This document shows positions 1 to 7,645 of a stretch of 26,654 nt of DNA, in pieces. Source of the DNA: a virus (Duplodnaviria > Caudoviricetes). Made by a program: the position numbers and the translations under genes. The stretch lies in the IMG/VR virus record IMGVR_UViG_3300016476_001170, positions 1 through 26,654 of that record; one strand, given 5' to 3'. Below the pieces are notes generated by a model. The model saw only the letters and a program-made list of their open reading frames with translations. It did not search any database and was not told the DNA's origin. Within the stretch, counting starts at the first letter, position 1. The number at the start of each line of letters is the position of its first letter.

Positions 1-279
1 AACTCCAAAATGTTCTTTAATCTCGTCAACAGCATCTTCTTTCAAACGGTATGCGGCAAACAATGCTCCACTTGCGTTATGTGCTTGTCCTTGAGGAGGA
101 TTCTTGGCAAACTCCTGCCAACCTTCGCCCATTTCCACTAACTTGGAGCAGCATTCTAGTACAATCAACTCAGCGAACTTTTCTTGATCAAATTCCCATT
201 CAGGAGATTCTCCGCTAAAACATGGAAAGTTTGTTCGCTTCCAGCATTGTTCGGCAAGCTCTTTAATTCGTTCGTTCAT
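1..279 (-). CDS. hypothetical phage protein, MNERIKEL...KFAELIV...HFGV family (3' end beyond window)
   Basis: Not in ORF track; my translation MNERIKELAEQCWKRTNFPCFSGESPEWEFDQEKFAELIVLECC...IKEHFGV; clearly paralogous to 652..870 and 867..1079; start overlaps upstream stop (TAATG). Confidence 0.85.
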   Translation of the reverse strand, partial: MNERIKELAEQCWKRTNFPCFSGESPEWEFDQEKFAELIVLECCSKLVEMGEGWQEFAKNPPQGQAHNASGALFAAYRLKEDAVDEIKEHFGV

Positions 280-440
280 TAGTAGCACTCCTCGACGGTG
301 ACAGTATGCCCAAGATATTCTAACAGTTCTTTGATGCCTTCTGTTCCCATATCTTCGTCATTGTGATCCCAACTGAATCGTTTGTCGTCTACTTTAACTG
401 TCCATCCGTCACAGTATTGTTCAATTTCGATATCTTTCAT
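279..440 (-). CDS. hypothetical protein, 53 aa, acidic
   Basis: My translation MKDIEIEQYCDGWTVKVDDKRFSWDHNDEDMGTEGIKELLEYLGHTVTVEECY; fills the gap exactly, with ATGA overlap at 437-440 and TAATG overlap at 277-281. Confidence 0.8.
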   Translation of the reverse strand: MKDIEIEQYCDGWTVKVDDKRFSWDHNDEDMGTEGIKELLEYLGHTVTVEECY

Positions 441-655
441 TCTTCATCTCCGTCGCAATCGATATAGGTTAGAGGATCAATGTCCTTATCCATTGGATAA
501 CCAAGTCGAATATTGTGCGCTACTTTATATGCAATGATACGAGCATAATATTCTAAAATGTCCGGAGGCAGTACATATTCTCCAGTCTTGTGATCGTAGG
601 GCAAATCACCGGCACTTTCTAATGCCAATTCTTTGCTGTATGCGTAAGTGGTCAT
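437..655 (-). CDS. hypothetical protein
   Basis: 72 aa ORF, ATGA-coupled on both sides, GGAG upstream. Confidence 0.8.
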   Translation of the reverse strand: MTTYAYSKELALESAGDLPYDHKTGEYVLPPDILEYYARIIAYKVAHNIRLGYPMDKDIDPLTYIDCDGDEE

Positions 656-870
656 AGTTCAACTCCGAAATGTTCTGCTATCCTATTAATGGCCTGTTCG
701 ACATAATAAACACCCTGTTCTGGTGTACTCATATAACTTGGACTAGCAACATCCATACATTCCCGAACAATTAACTCTACAAACTTTTTCAAAGTATCTG
801 CTGGGACTAGTGCTAGTGCATAATCCCAGTCTGCTTTTTCAACAAGTTCAATAACTAGGGCGCTATTCAT
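652..870 (-). CDS. hypothetical phage protein, KFxELIVREC...HFGVE family
   Basis: 72 aa; shares KFVELIVREC and EHFGVE with neighbours; ATGA overlaps. Confidence 0.85.
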   Translation of the reverse strand: MNSALVIELVEKADWDYALALVPADTLKKFVELIVRECMDVASPSYMSTPEQGVYYVEQAINRIAEHFGVEL

Positions 871-1079
871 TCTTCAACTCCGAAATGTTGTTTAACTTTG
901 CCTAGATTGGGAATGCCATTGTCGCTGGCACTCTCGTCCATAATGAAGTCGTACATTTCTTCTACGATCAACTCGGCGAACTTTTGTAACTGAGCGTCGC
1001 ACCATTCGCCACCGCCCAAGCCCAAAGCATCGGCATAATTGTCAGCTTGGGCGACAAGTTCTTTAATTCGTTCGTTCAT
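867..1079 (-). CDS. hypothetical phage protein, MNERIKEL...KFAELIV...HFGVE family
   Basis: 70 aa; paralog of 1..279 and 652..870; GAGGTG upstream. Confidence 0.85.
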   Translation of the reverse strand: MNERIKELVAQADNYADALGLGGGEWCDAQLQKFAELIVEEMYDFIMDESASDNGIPNLGKVKQHFGVEE

Positions 1080-1174
1080 TTTAGCACCTCATAGAAAACG
1101 ATTGCCCAGCAAAACAACAGAGCGCCGATTGCTTCCCAGTTCCAGGTATAAAGTTCTCGAAATCGTTCGTTCAT
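1076..1174 (-). CDS. small single-TM peptide, 32 aa
   Basis: My translation MNERFRELYTWNWEAIGALLFCWAIVFYEVLK; ATGA overlaps at both ends; AAGGA upstream. Confidence 0.65.
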   Translation of the reverse strand: MNERFRELYTWNWEAIGALLFCWAIVFYEVLK

Positions 1175-1311
1175 TGCATTTCCTTGGGAGTAGTTTTACG
1201 AACACGGCCACAATCAAAACAGCGCCAGAGATAACCGTTCTTAAGGCTTTTCCTGTCATCAAAGTTGGGTTGCCAAGCGTGAAGACATTTTTTGGTTGGC
1301 TTCTTAGTCAT
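1171..1311 (-). CDS. small basic protein with CxH...CxxC (possible Zn ribbon), 46 aa
   Basis: My translation MTKKPTKKCLHAWQPNFDDRKSLKNGYLWRCFDCGRVRKTTPKEMQ; GGAG at 1318-1321. Confidence 0.7.
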   Translation of the reverse strand: MTKKPTKKCLHAWQPNFDDRKSLKNGYLWRCFDCGRVRKTTPKEMQ

Positions 1312-1323
1312 GTTAAACTCCGA

Positions 1324-1647
1324 TCAGTATGCGTGATAAATCACCAGATAGTTCACATTAGGAACCACACCAATGGGACGATAAATGCAGATCTCACCAT
1401 CCCAGCCATCGGGGTCAAACAGTACATCATGCTCGTCCACAACCTTGAAGCGAACTTCCTTGCCAGTGTGATGGCTCACCACAAAGAACTCCGCCGGCAT
1501 GCCGAAGTATTCGCTAGCCAGGCGTAGAGTTTTATTGGGCTTGTCAAATTCGCAAAGCTTGAGATCCACACGCGGCAGCTCACGCGTCTGCCGATCATAG
1601 GCGCGCAGGATAGCAGGGTTGTTGAGATTGATAGGATCTGCGTACAT
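1324..1647 (-). CDS. hypothetical protein
   Basis: 107 aa; AAGGAG directly upstream. Confidence 0.85.
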   Translation of the reverse strand: MYADPINLNNPAILRAYDRQTRELPRVDLKLCEFDKPNKTLRLASEYFGMPAEFFVVSHHTGKEVRFKVVDEHDVLFDPDGWDGEICIYRPIGVVPNVNYLVIYHAY

Positions 1648-1656
1648 GATAGCTCC

Positions 1657-1899
1657 TTAACCGATCACTACAACACGGGGAGAATCTTCACGATCCAGGA
1701 AGTGATTGCCTTGCAAAGGAGCGGTGAAGTAGTCGGTCTTGAATTTGCGATCTTCGCTACCCAACCACACACGCTTGATAAACTGAGCACGGAATTCCGT
1801 GTTGCTGTGAATACCGACAACCTTGCCAACCATGTAGCAATTGTCGCTACCAGGAAAATCCATAGACTTGACGATATCACCAACTTTGACTTGAGACAT
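1657..1899 (-). CDS. hypothetical protein
   Basis: 80 aa; GGAG RBS; promoter at 1931-1959. Confidence 0.85.
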   Translation of the reverse strand: MSQVKVGDIVKSMDFPGSDNCYMVGKVVGIHSNTEFRAQFIKRVWLGSEDRKFKTDYFTAPLQGNHFLDREDSPRVVVIG

Positions 1900-1930
1900 T
1901 TCTTGCTCCGTTTTGTTACGCTATGAATAT

Positions 1931-1959
1931 ATTATAGCAAAATTGGGAATTTTGGACAA
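1931..1959 (-). promoter_or_regulatory. sigma70-type early promoter (repeated cassette)
   Basis: TTGTCC-AAAATTCCCAATTTTGC(17)-TATAAT, extended -10 TGn. Confidence 0.8.
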
Positions 1960-1966
1960 GAGTAGT

Positions 1967-2170
1967 TTAATACTCTCGCACAATTTTGTCGTCAGTAATT
2001 AGTACTACATTTGTGGGGCCACTACGCCAAGCAAATTGAACAGGATGCACAAGCTCCACAGTATGCTGAAGCTTGCCGCCGTATTTTACACGGCTAGACA
2101 CAATATGCCCATGGACATGGGTACCCATATAATTTGCAACAATAGTTTTAACTTTGCTATTACGGGACAT
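1967..2170 (-). CDS. hypothetical protein, 67 aa (start corrected from 2233)
   Basis: MSRNSK start has AAGGAG; the longer ORF would run through the promoter at 2201-2229. Confidence 0.8.
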   Translation of the reverse strand: MSRNSKVKTIVANYMGTHVHGHIVSSRVKYGGKLQHTVELVHPVQFAWRSGPTNVVLITDDKIVREY

Positions 2171-2200
2171 TTGTGGCTCCTTTTTGTTTACCATAGATAC

Positions 2201-2229
2201 AGTATAGCAAAAACGGGAATTTCGAGCAA
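2201..2229 (-). promoter_or_regulatory. sigma70-type early promoter (repeated cassette)
   Basis: TTGCTC-GAAATTCCCGTTTTTGC(17)-TATACT. Confidence 0.8.
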
Positions 2230-2231
2230 CC

Positions 2232-2254
2232 AAAATAAAAGGGGCCGAAGCCCC
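2232..2254 (-). terminator. intrinsic terminator
   Basis: GGGGC-TTCG-GCCCC (cUUCGg tetraloop) followed by TTTTATTTT, downstream of 2277..2537. Confidence 0.85.
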
Positions 2255-2276
2255 TAAAATCTGTAATACTTAGGTA

Positions 2277-2537
2277 TTACTTTTTAAATACTTTTAGAAA
2301 ACCATCCATTAGCTTGGAATAGTCTACTTTAGCGACTTCCTGGACCTGACGGGTTACTTCTGCAGAAATTAGGCTAGCTGTATCGGAGCCTGCTTTTACT
2401 GCGGCTTTTGTATAAGCGGTTTGTGCATCAACAAACTGCTCCAAAGCTTTGGCAACAGCATCGTTTGGAACGAAAGTGCGAACGGCTTCTTTCTTGCCGG
2501 TTTGTACTAGGTCAATTACGGTATCAAATGCAAACAT
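2277..2537 (-). CDS. 86 aa helical protein, possibly phasin-like (start corrected from 2594)
   Basis: AAGGAG 7 nt before MFAFDT; Ala-rich amphipathic helices; phasin call rests on composition plus the PhaR-like palindrome upstream. Confidence 0.6.
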   Translation of the reverse strand: MFAFDTVIDLVQTGKKEAVRTFVPNDAVAKALEQFVDAQTAYTKAAVKAGSDTASLISAEVTRQVQEVAKVDYSKLMDGFLKVFKK

Positions 2538-2612
2538 GTTATTTCTCCTTAAGACGAAATTTGCGTTACTTGTTGGGCCCACCTTGTGTAGCACCCTTCA
2601 AAGTATTTATCT

Positions 2613-2641
2613 ATTATAACAATATTTATGTTGCAACGCAA
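2613..2641 (-). promoter_or_regulatory. sigma70-type promoter, followed by TAAATA motif (2604-2609)
   Basis: TTGCGT-N17-TATAAT with TGn. Confidence 0.65.
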
Positions 2642-2645
2642 CATA
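2627..2645. promoter_or_regulatory. palindromic operator, PhaR-like TGC-N3-GCA
   Basis: TATGTTGC-AAC-GCAACATA, perfect 8-bp inverted repeat overlapping the -35 element. Confidence 0.55.
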
Positions 2646-2718
2646 TTTTTAATTTTTTCTTCCCATATTATGAGCAATAAATAAAATACATTCAAAATAA
2701 CTTGCAAGGAGATCAAGA

Positions 2719-3009
2719 ATGGAAATTTTTATTTTATTGGTAGTCATAGCAGGCGCTGCTTTCTGGTACTATTCCAGACCACAAAAAGTTGAAGCTGCTG
2801 CTAGCGAAGCAGATTCTGCACCATACAAATTGGAAACACCACCAGCCGCACCAACAGTTACAGAAGTTGCTGCTGCCGCAGAGCCTGTTGCTGCTGAACC
2901 AAAGAAGGCAAAGAAAGCTGCTGCACCCAAGGCCAAAAAGCCTGCCGCAATGAAGGCAAAAGAAAAGGCTCCCGCAAAGAAGCCCCGCGCAAAGAAACCT
3001 ACAGCTTAA
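2719..3009 (+). CDS. N-terminally membrane-anchored protein with Lys/Ala/Pro-rich (histone H1-like) tail
   Basis: Hydrophobic residues 3-18; C-terminus PKKAKKAAAPKAKKPAA...PAKKPRAKKPTA; AAGGAG at 2706-2711; TAAATA at 2678-2683. Confidence 0.85.
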   Translation: MEIFILLVVIAGAAFWYYSRPQKVEAAASEADSAPYKLETPPAAPTVTEVAAAAEPVAAEPKKAKKAAAPKAKKPAAMKAKEKAPAKKPRAKKPTA

Positions 3010-4019
3010 ATTAAGTTAAGTTTTTGAGCATGTTTAGCCAGCTCGAAGCTGGCTAAATTTTTGGCTTTTGATTCACACATGATATCGTGTGTACTAAGGA
3101 ATTGTACAGCCCAATCATTAACTGGCGCGTTCCAATAGAAGTCACTGTGTGCGCGAAGCTTTTGTTTCTTCTTGCCTTCTATTAGAAGCTGTGCCATATC
3201 TGGCATAACTGTAACGTTATGATCTACTAGAACATCTTCGCGACTGACACTATAATGCATAGTAGGACGCACACCACGCCAACTATCCACCACTCTTTTA
3301 ACGCTATCACTAGTTGGGTCAATGTATACCCCTTCACGACACCAATGGTGATGTACGTCCAGCACGATAGGAACAAGATCGCCAATGCTAAGACAAGTAT
3401 CCAACCCATGTGCATTCTCCTCGTTTTCAATAGTTAGTGTATTACGAGCTTCGGGCGTCAAAAGTCCGTAGACATCACGAATACCTTGTGCACCACGTCG
3501 CCCAGCAATGTGGACGTTGATTTTAAAGTCCTGAAATGATTGACCATAGCCCATCCAACGAGCCATGTCTACATGGTACTCAAACTCTTCAATACTACGC
3601 CGTACAATATCGTCATTGTCACTTGCAAGAACGCAAAACTGCCCAGGATGAAAAGACAGCCGTACACCATGCTGCCTAGCAAGCCGTCCCACTTCTGCAA
3701 AATGTTTTTCGGCATAAGCTCGAACATCCGGTTGGTCATAAAACCAGCCCCAATTAGGCTCAGTGTACACAGGCAAAATGTCGCTGCTAAGACGTACCAT
3801 ACGTAGGTGTTCATCCAGGGTTCCTACCTTTTCTACAAGTTTACGGGTCGATTCAATATTGTGTTTGACAAGATTCCACAATCTTTCTACAGCCACATCT
3901 TTGGTTTGGCGATTCAGCCAAGCCACAGTAGTGATCTTAGTGTTTAGTTCAGGAGTCGATACAACTTGACCTTTGGCGTCAATTTCGCTCCATTTGCAGG
4001 CAAAACCAATTTTGGGCAT
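3006..4019 (-). CDS. uvsE: UV-damage endonuclease (UvsE/UvdE family); start corrected from 4052
   Basis: KIGFAC, RLSSDILP, RLSFHPGQF, INVH, LTIENEE, VLDVHHH, MHYS, RAHSD, MCESKAKNLA motifs; TAATG overlap with upstream gene. Confidence 0.92.
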   Translation of the reverse strand: MPKIGFACKWSEIDAKGQVVSTPELNTKITTVAWLNRQTKDVAVERLWNLVKHNIESTRKLVEKVGTLDEHLRMVRLSSDILPVYTEPNWGWFYDQPDVRAYAEKHFAEVGRLARQHGVRLSFHPGQFCVLASDNDDIVRRSIEEFEYHVDMARWMGYGQSFQDFKINVHIAGRRGAQGIRDVYGLLTPEARNTLTIENEENAHGLDTCLSIGDLVPIVLDVHHHWCREGVYIDPTSDSVKRVVDSWRGVRPTMHYSVSREDVLVDHNVTVMPDMAQLLIEGKKKQKLRAHSDFYWNAPVNDWAVQFLSTHDIMCESKAKNLASFELAKHAQKLNLI

Positions 4020-4201
4020 TATTCTCTTTGAAGTTGGGCCCAGGCGAGCCATTGTTGAAAACTATTATATACTGTGAGTGCTTCTTTGTCATCCACAGGC
4101 ACTTTAACGCCGCGCACATAGAAGCCGTCGGCTGCAATACGAAGCATTTCTTCTTGCTTAAGATCCTCGTTGGTGTGAAAAACTATTGTACCGCTATCCA
4201 T
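4019..4201 (-). CDS. hypothetical protein, 60 aa, probably leaderless
   Basis: ATG lies 6 nt after the -10 hexamer; coupled to uvsE. Confidence 0.75.
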   Translation of the reverse strand: MDSGTIVFHTNEDLKQEEMLRIAADGFYVRGVKVPVDDKEALTVYNSFQQWLAWAQLQRE

Positions 4202-4207
4202 ATTGCT

Positions 4208-4236
4208 ATTGTAGCAAAATATGGATTTATAGTCAA
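4208..4236 (-). promoter_or_regulatory. sigma70-type early promoter (repeated cassette)
   Basis: TTGACT-ATAAATCCATATTTTGC(17)-TACAAT. Confidence 0.8.
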
Positions 4237-5454
4237 TTACTCTTGAATCAAACCAAATTTGGCCCAGCGACTACCTTGTAAGCAAACCCAACCAATTGGT
4301 TTACCAATTTGGGGACTATCGTTAAACACAATTTCTCCGGCACGACCTTCCCAATTTGGTTCGGCACTGGCAGTACTGATTGGTAATGCGCCCAATCTTA
4401 AATCGTTTATAGTGACACTGCCGTCTACTTCTAAACTAATATTCTCTTTACCGGCTGCCCCCAGTGTTACATTAAATGGGCGATGGGTTCCCACAAATGC
4501 TCGATTTTTTCCGCTCTTGTTAATGGCGACTTCTATTTCCTCATCCCAAACACTAAGAGCATATGTTGGCTCTAATGTGTTAATACCTACACGCTTTTTG
4601 CTTACGTATAGGGTCTCGTCTAATAGTGTGTCTCCGCGAGTTTGCAGTTCTTCAAGTGTACCGACTTTGCGAAGATTACTTACTGTTAAGCTGCTGGGCA
4701 ATTGATTTTCACTGATACTGTTTCTGTCATTGAATAACAGTTTGGGTGCAAGTAGACCATGCTCTGCAATGTGTCCCAGCACAGTTTCTTTTGCATCACT
4801 GATTAGCTGCCGATAGCCAGCAGATTTAGGATCTACGTTTCCGGCAATGTTTAACTCTTGTACTGTTAATGTTTCAGTAACTGTCGCCGGACCTTGTACT
4901 TTGATACCAGTAGTAATAATAGGCTGTTCTACTACCACAGCATTGTCCATAATAGTTAACTGGCATTGTGTAGCTTTGTCATCAATGCCAGAACTGGCAA
5001 AGTTTGCAATGATGCCGCCGGCAACATAATCTCCGCTTATGGTAAAATTATCAAAATTGATAGCTCCAGCTGCAATGCTGCGAGCAGGAAATTCCATTTT
5101 TCTTAGATAATTTTTTAGTGCAGTTTCAATGTGTGGCGTAACGTCAAATTCCGCTACGTGTGCATTTACTGCTTCAGTAACTCTGTTTGCTATTACAGCT
5201 TGGAAGTTGTCGATTATGTCAGTGCCAATCTTATTAATTTCAGCTGTGATATGATTCACATCTATAGTGTAGTCATTGATTTTTGCACTAATTTTGGGAT
5301 CTGCGAGCTTTGATACAACCGATTCAAAATCATATTCGGCAAGAGTGGCAGCAATTTCTTTAGAAACTGTATCAGACAGACTTTGGTCTACTTTTGTTTT
5401 TATATCTGCTACTATTGATTCTACAATTGAATTTAGTTGATTTCCAATTTCCAT
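4237..5454 (-). CDS. hypothetical protein, probably virion/fibre-associated
   Basis: 405 aa; helical N-terminus, beta-rich C-half with RVGINT and GEIVFN..P..G..IGWVC..W..FG ending of the kind seen in phage fibre proteins. Confidence 0.65.
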   Translation of the reverse strand: MEIGNQLNSIVESIVADIKTKVDQSLSDTVSKEIAATLAEYDFESVVSKLADPKISAKINDYTIDVNHITAEINKIGTDIIDNFQAVIANRVTEAVNAHVAEFDVTPHIETALKNYLRKMEFPARSIAAGAINFDNFTISGDYVAGGIIANFASSGIDDKATQCQLTIMDNAVVVEQPIITTGIKVQGPATVTETLTVQELNIAGNVDPKSAGYRQLISDAKETVLGHIAEHGLLAPKLLFNDRNSISENQLPSSLTVSNLRKVGTLEELQTRGDTLLDETLYVSKKRVGINTLEPTYALSVWDEEIEVAINKSGKNRAFVGTHRPFNVTLGAAGKENISLEVDGSVTINDLRLGALPISTASAEPNWEGRAGEIVFNDSPQIGKPIGWVCLQGSRWAKFGLIQE

Positions 5455-6183
5455 TTATTTCTCGAAACTTATGCTTATAACGTGTTCATAGTTTTTCTTT
5501 ATGAGACTTTTATACATAAGGTTCTTATGCACTAGAAAGTTGGTAGCCCCTACATCCATTGATAGCTTGGCTAACTGTTTGAAAAACAATGTACGTCTAC
5601 TGTATATACCTCTGCACCGGGCCTGCTCACCATTCAATTGATAAAGTGCGGTAGTCCAGATATTTTTATCTCTTTGATCCCAATCGTGAATTTCGGTAAA
5701 AGCAGTAAGTTGATCACCAGATTTGATTATGGCTGGCTGACTGTACTCTCTATCCTTGAAATCCTGATTTTTATAATCCTTGACAGTAGTTATAATCAAG
5801 TTGGCCGAATATTTGCAAAGACTAGCAATAGCTGCTCGTTGCTCATCATCTGAGTTTGCAAAAGTTAAATATTCGTCGAATGCTATTACAAGATCAAACT
5901 TTTTGTCTTCGGCCGAATCAAAAGTTTTTACATTAATGCCTTCAGCATTTAGCCACGTTAACACTTCGTCGCTAACTGCTGTAACATACATTTCTTTATT
6001 TTTATGACGACATGATAATATTGCCGGACTAAAACCAACGAAAAGCACAGTCTCTACGCTTGTATTATAAAACTCGACAATCTTATCGATAATATCTTGC
6101 TTGCGTTCGACTATTTCTTTCTTTTTGGTATGTAGACGAAATGCGTCAAAAATTACATCGCTATACTTACTAAATTCTGTCAT
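5455..6183 (-). CDS. hypothetical protein, degenerate class I SAM methyltransferase-like fold
   Basis: 242 aa; VLFVGF (eroded motif I), KKFDLVIA; TAAATA upstream at 6211-6216. Confidence 0.55.
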   Translation of the reverse strand: MTEFSKYSDVIFDAFRLHTKKKEIVERKQDIIDKIVEFYNTSVETVLFVGFSPAILSCRHKNKEMYVTAVSDEVLTWLNAEGINVKTFDSAEDKKFDLVIAFDEYLTFANSDDEQRAAIASLCKYSANLIITTVKDYKNQDFKDREYSQPAIIKSGDQLTAFTEIHDWDQRDKNIWTTALYQLNGEQARCRGIYSRRTLFFKQLAKLSMDVGATNFLVHKNLMYKSLIKKNYEHVISISFEK

Positions 6184-6209
6184 ATCACTGATATTGTTAT
6201 ATTTGTATA

Positions 6210-7130
6210 TTATTTAGTAGTTTCGCGATTCAAATCTAATGTGACACAGTGGAATCCGCCCCCTAGTGTTCTACTATGGCGCAATTCTAAAGGTATGACT
6301 GTAAATTTAAAAGATTCTAGTAAATTTATTAGATTTTTTTGATTTTTATCAACTATGACTGTATTTGAGTCTAAACTTAACATATTCAACGCAATCCACT
6401 TACTTGCATAAGGATATTGATAAAAATCTTGTGCTACTACATCGTCTACGTATATTTGTTGCCAACCGTCAAATACTTTAGGGCAATTAGACGAGTTAAC
6501 TCTACTAGAATTCAATAAAACTAAACCTTCTCGCAAAGGAACTATGGTACTATCAATGTGTACGCCGGAATAAAAATTACAAAGTTCTATGTTTACATCA
6601 GGAAAGCTTTTACAAAGCCAATCGTATGCCAGTCGATTCCCAGATGCCGACTCTAACATTAGCATTGAATCATTTAAACGCAATACATTTGCGGCATCGA
6701 GTACGGCACCAGAATTTCTATCCATGTGCAGGATTTTGTTTGCGTCTTCCAAAATATCAATGTAACATTGATATTCCATATCTCTGCAAGGATACATCAT
6801 TGCAGGATCGACAACTGTGCTGCCATAGATTAAAAATCTATCCCTCGGGCAATAGTTGTATAGACCGTCGTGTACTTGGAAATTCAGATCATTGGGTCGA
6901 ATAACTTCAGCACCAAATTCACTGAGAACTCTCGTTAGCTCGTCTAAATCTTCGTTGGCTTCATCTATAATCCATTGTGGTACAGGGCCTGCGGGGACAG
7001 GGGTTTCTTTCCACAATGTTTTTTCAGCTTCTAATTTAAAAACAGGATCATTAATGGGCCAATTCGCATGATCTGCTCTGCCTACCACTACCCTTTTTAA
7101 TCGATCCCACTCATTGTAACTTGATATCAT
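6210..7130 (-). CDS. amidinotransferase (glycine/inosamine-phosphate amidinotransferase family); start corrected from 7217
   Basis: SYNEWDRLKRVVVG, NYCPRD, DAAN, HIDST, LGGGFHCVTLD with catalytic Asp/His/Cys; ATGA overlap at 7127-7130. Confidence 0.9.
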   Translation of the reverse strand: MISSYNEWDRLKRVVVGRADHANWPINDPVFKLEAEKTLWKETPVPAGPVPQWIIDEANEDLDELTRVLSEFGAEVIRPNDLNFQVHDGLYNYCPRDRFLIYGSTVVDPAMMYPCRDMEYQCYIDILEDANKILHMDRNSGAVLDAANVLRLNDSMLMLESASGNRLAYDWLCKSFPDVNIELCNFYSGVHIDSTIVPLREGLVLLNSSRVNSSNCPKVFDGWQQIYVDDVVAQDFYQYPYASKWIALNMLSLDSNTVIVDKNQKNLINLLESFKFTVIPLELRHSRTLGGGFHCVTLDLNRETTK

Positions 7131-7645
7131 ACGTGCCCGGTAATCTGTAATGTATACCTGGGAGTTAAACCGATGTTTGCTGCTGCGTGAGGAAGATCGT
7201 ATTCCCATTCGAAACAATCACCTGCACGCCAATCTGTATGTGCTTTGCCGTTTGCTTCAAAATAATGACCGGGTGCCCAATCTTCTAAGAAAACAATTGC
7301 TCTGCGAATAGTCTGCTCCTTGCCCTTAAGGTTAAAAAGCTCTACGTATTTTTTATACAAATCTGCATGCACGGGCAATATAACGCCAGTGTCCATTCGA
7401 TAATAACTAGTGCCGATATCCTTCCAACCTGCTGCTGCAAAAAGATCAACAAATCGTTGATTCCAGCTAGGTTGTCTACTACGCATATCGCACATGGCCC
7501 CAGTAAAAGGACCCAGATAGCCCTGCACAGTCCATTGTGCAACGCTTTCTGGATCATTGAAGGGTTCCCGAATATAAGCTAATTGCTTGTATTCTTCGTC
7601 CCAAAACTTTTGGAAATGGAGTTTAGTTACCCCGTGTATTGCCAT
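7127..7645 (-). CDS. cupin-fold Fe(II)/2OG dioxygenase-like protein
   Basis: LPVHAD (HxD), W.AGD, PHAAANIGLTPRYTLQI (distal His and Arg). Confidence 0.7.
   Translation of the reverse strand: MAIHGVTKLHFQKFWDEEYKQLAYIREPFNDPESVAQWTVQGYLGPFTGAMCDMRSRQPSWNQRFVDLFAAAGWKDIGTSYYRMDTGVILPVHADLYKKYVELFNLKGKEQTIRRAIVFLEDWAPGHYFEANGKAHTDWRAGDCFEWEYDLPHAAANIGLTPRYTLQITGHV

Noticed and set aside
1-1174. Diversity-generating retroelement TR/VR pair
   Set aside because: Repeats are only 12-20 nt, show no adenine-specific variation, and no reverse transcriptase is in the window
1039-1527. 162-aa plus-strand ORF and the many other opposite-strand or alternate-frame ORFs in the track (e.g. 4259..4705, 12373..12885, 23304..23657)
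   Set aside because: They are shadows of well-supported genes that already tile the region with RBSs and coupled stops/starts; no motifs or RBSs of their own
1967-2233. Longest-ORF starts for 1967, 2277, 3006, 6210, 15128, 20137, 24894, 25908 and 26225
   Set aside because: The extensions run through promoters or upstream genes; downstream starts have SDs, coupling overlaps or family-typical N-termini. The recurring FCY(N/T) peptide in three extensions is just the translated promoter motif
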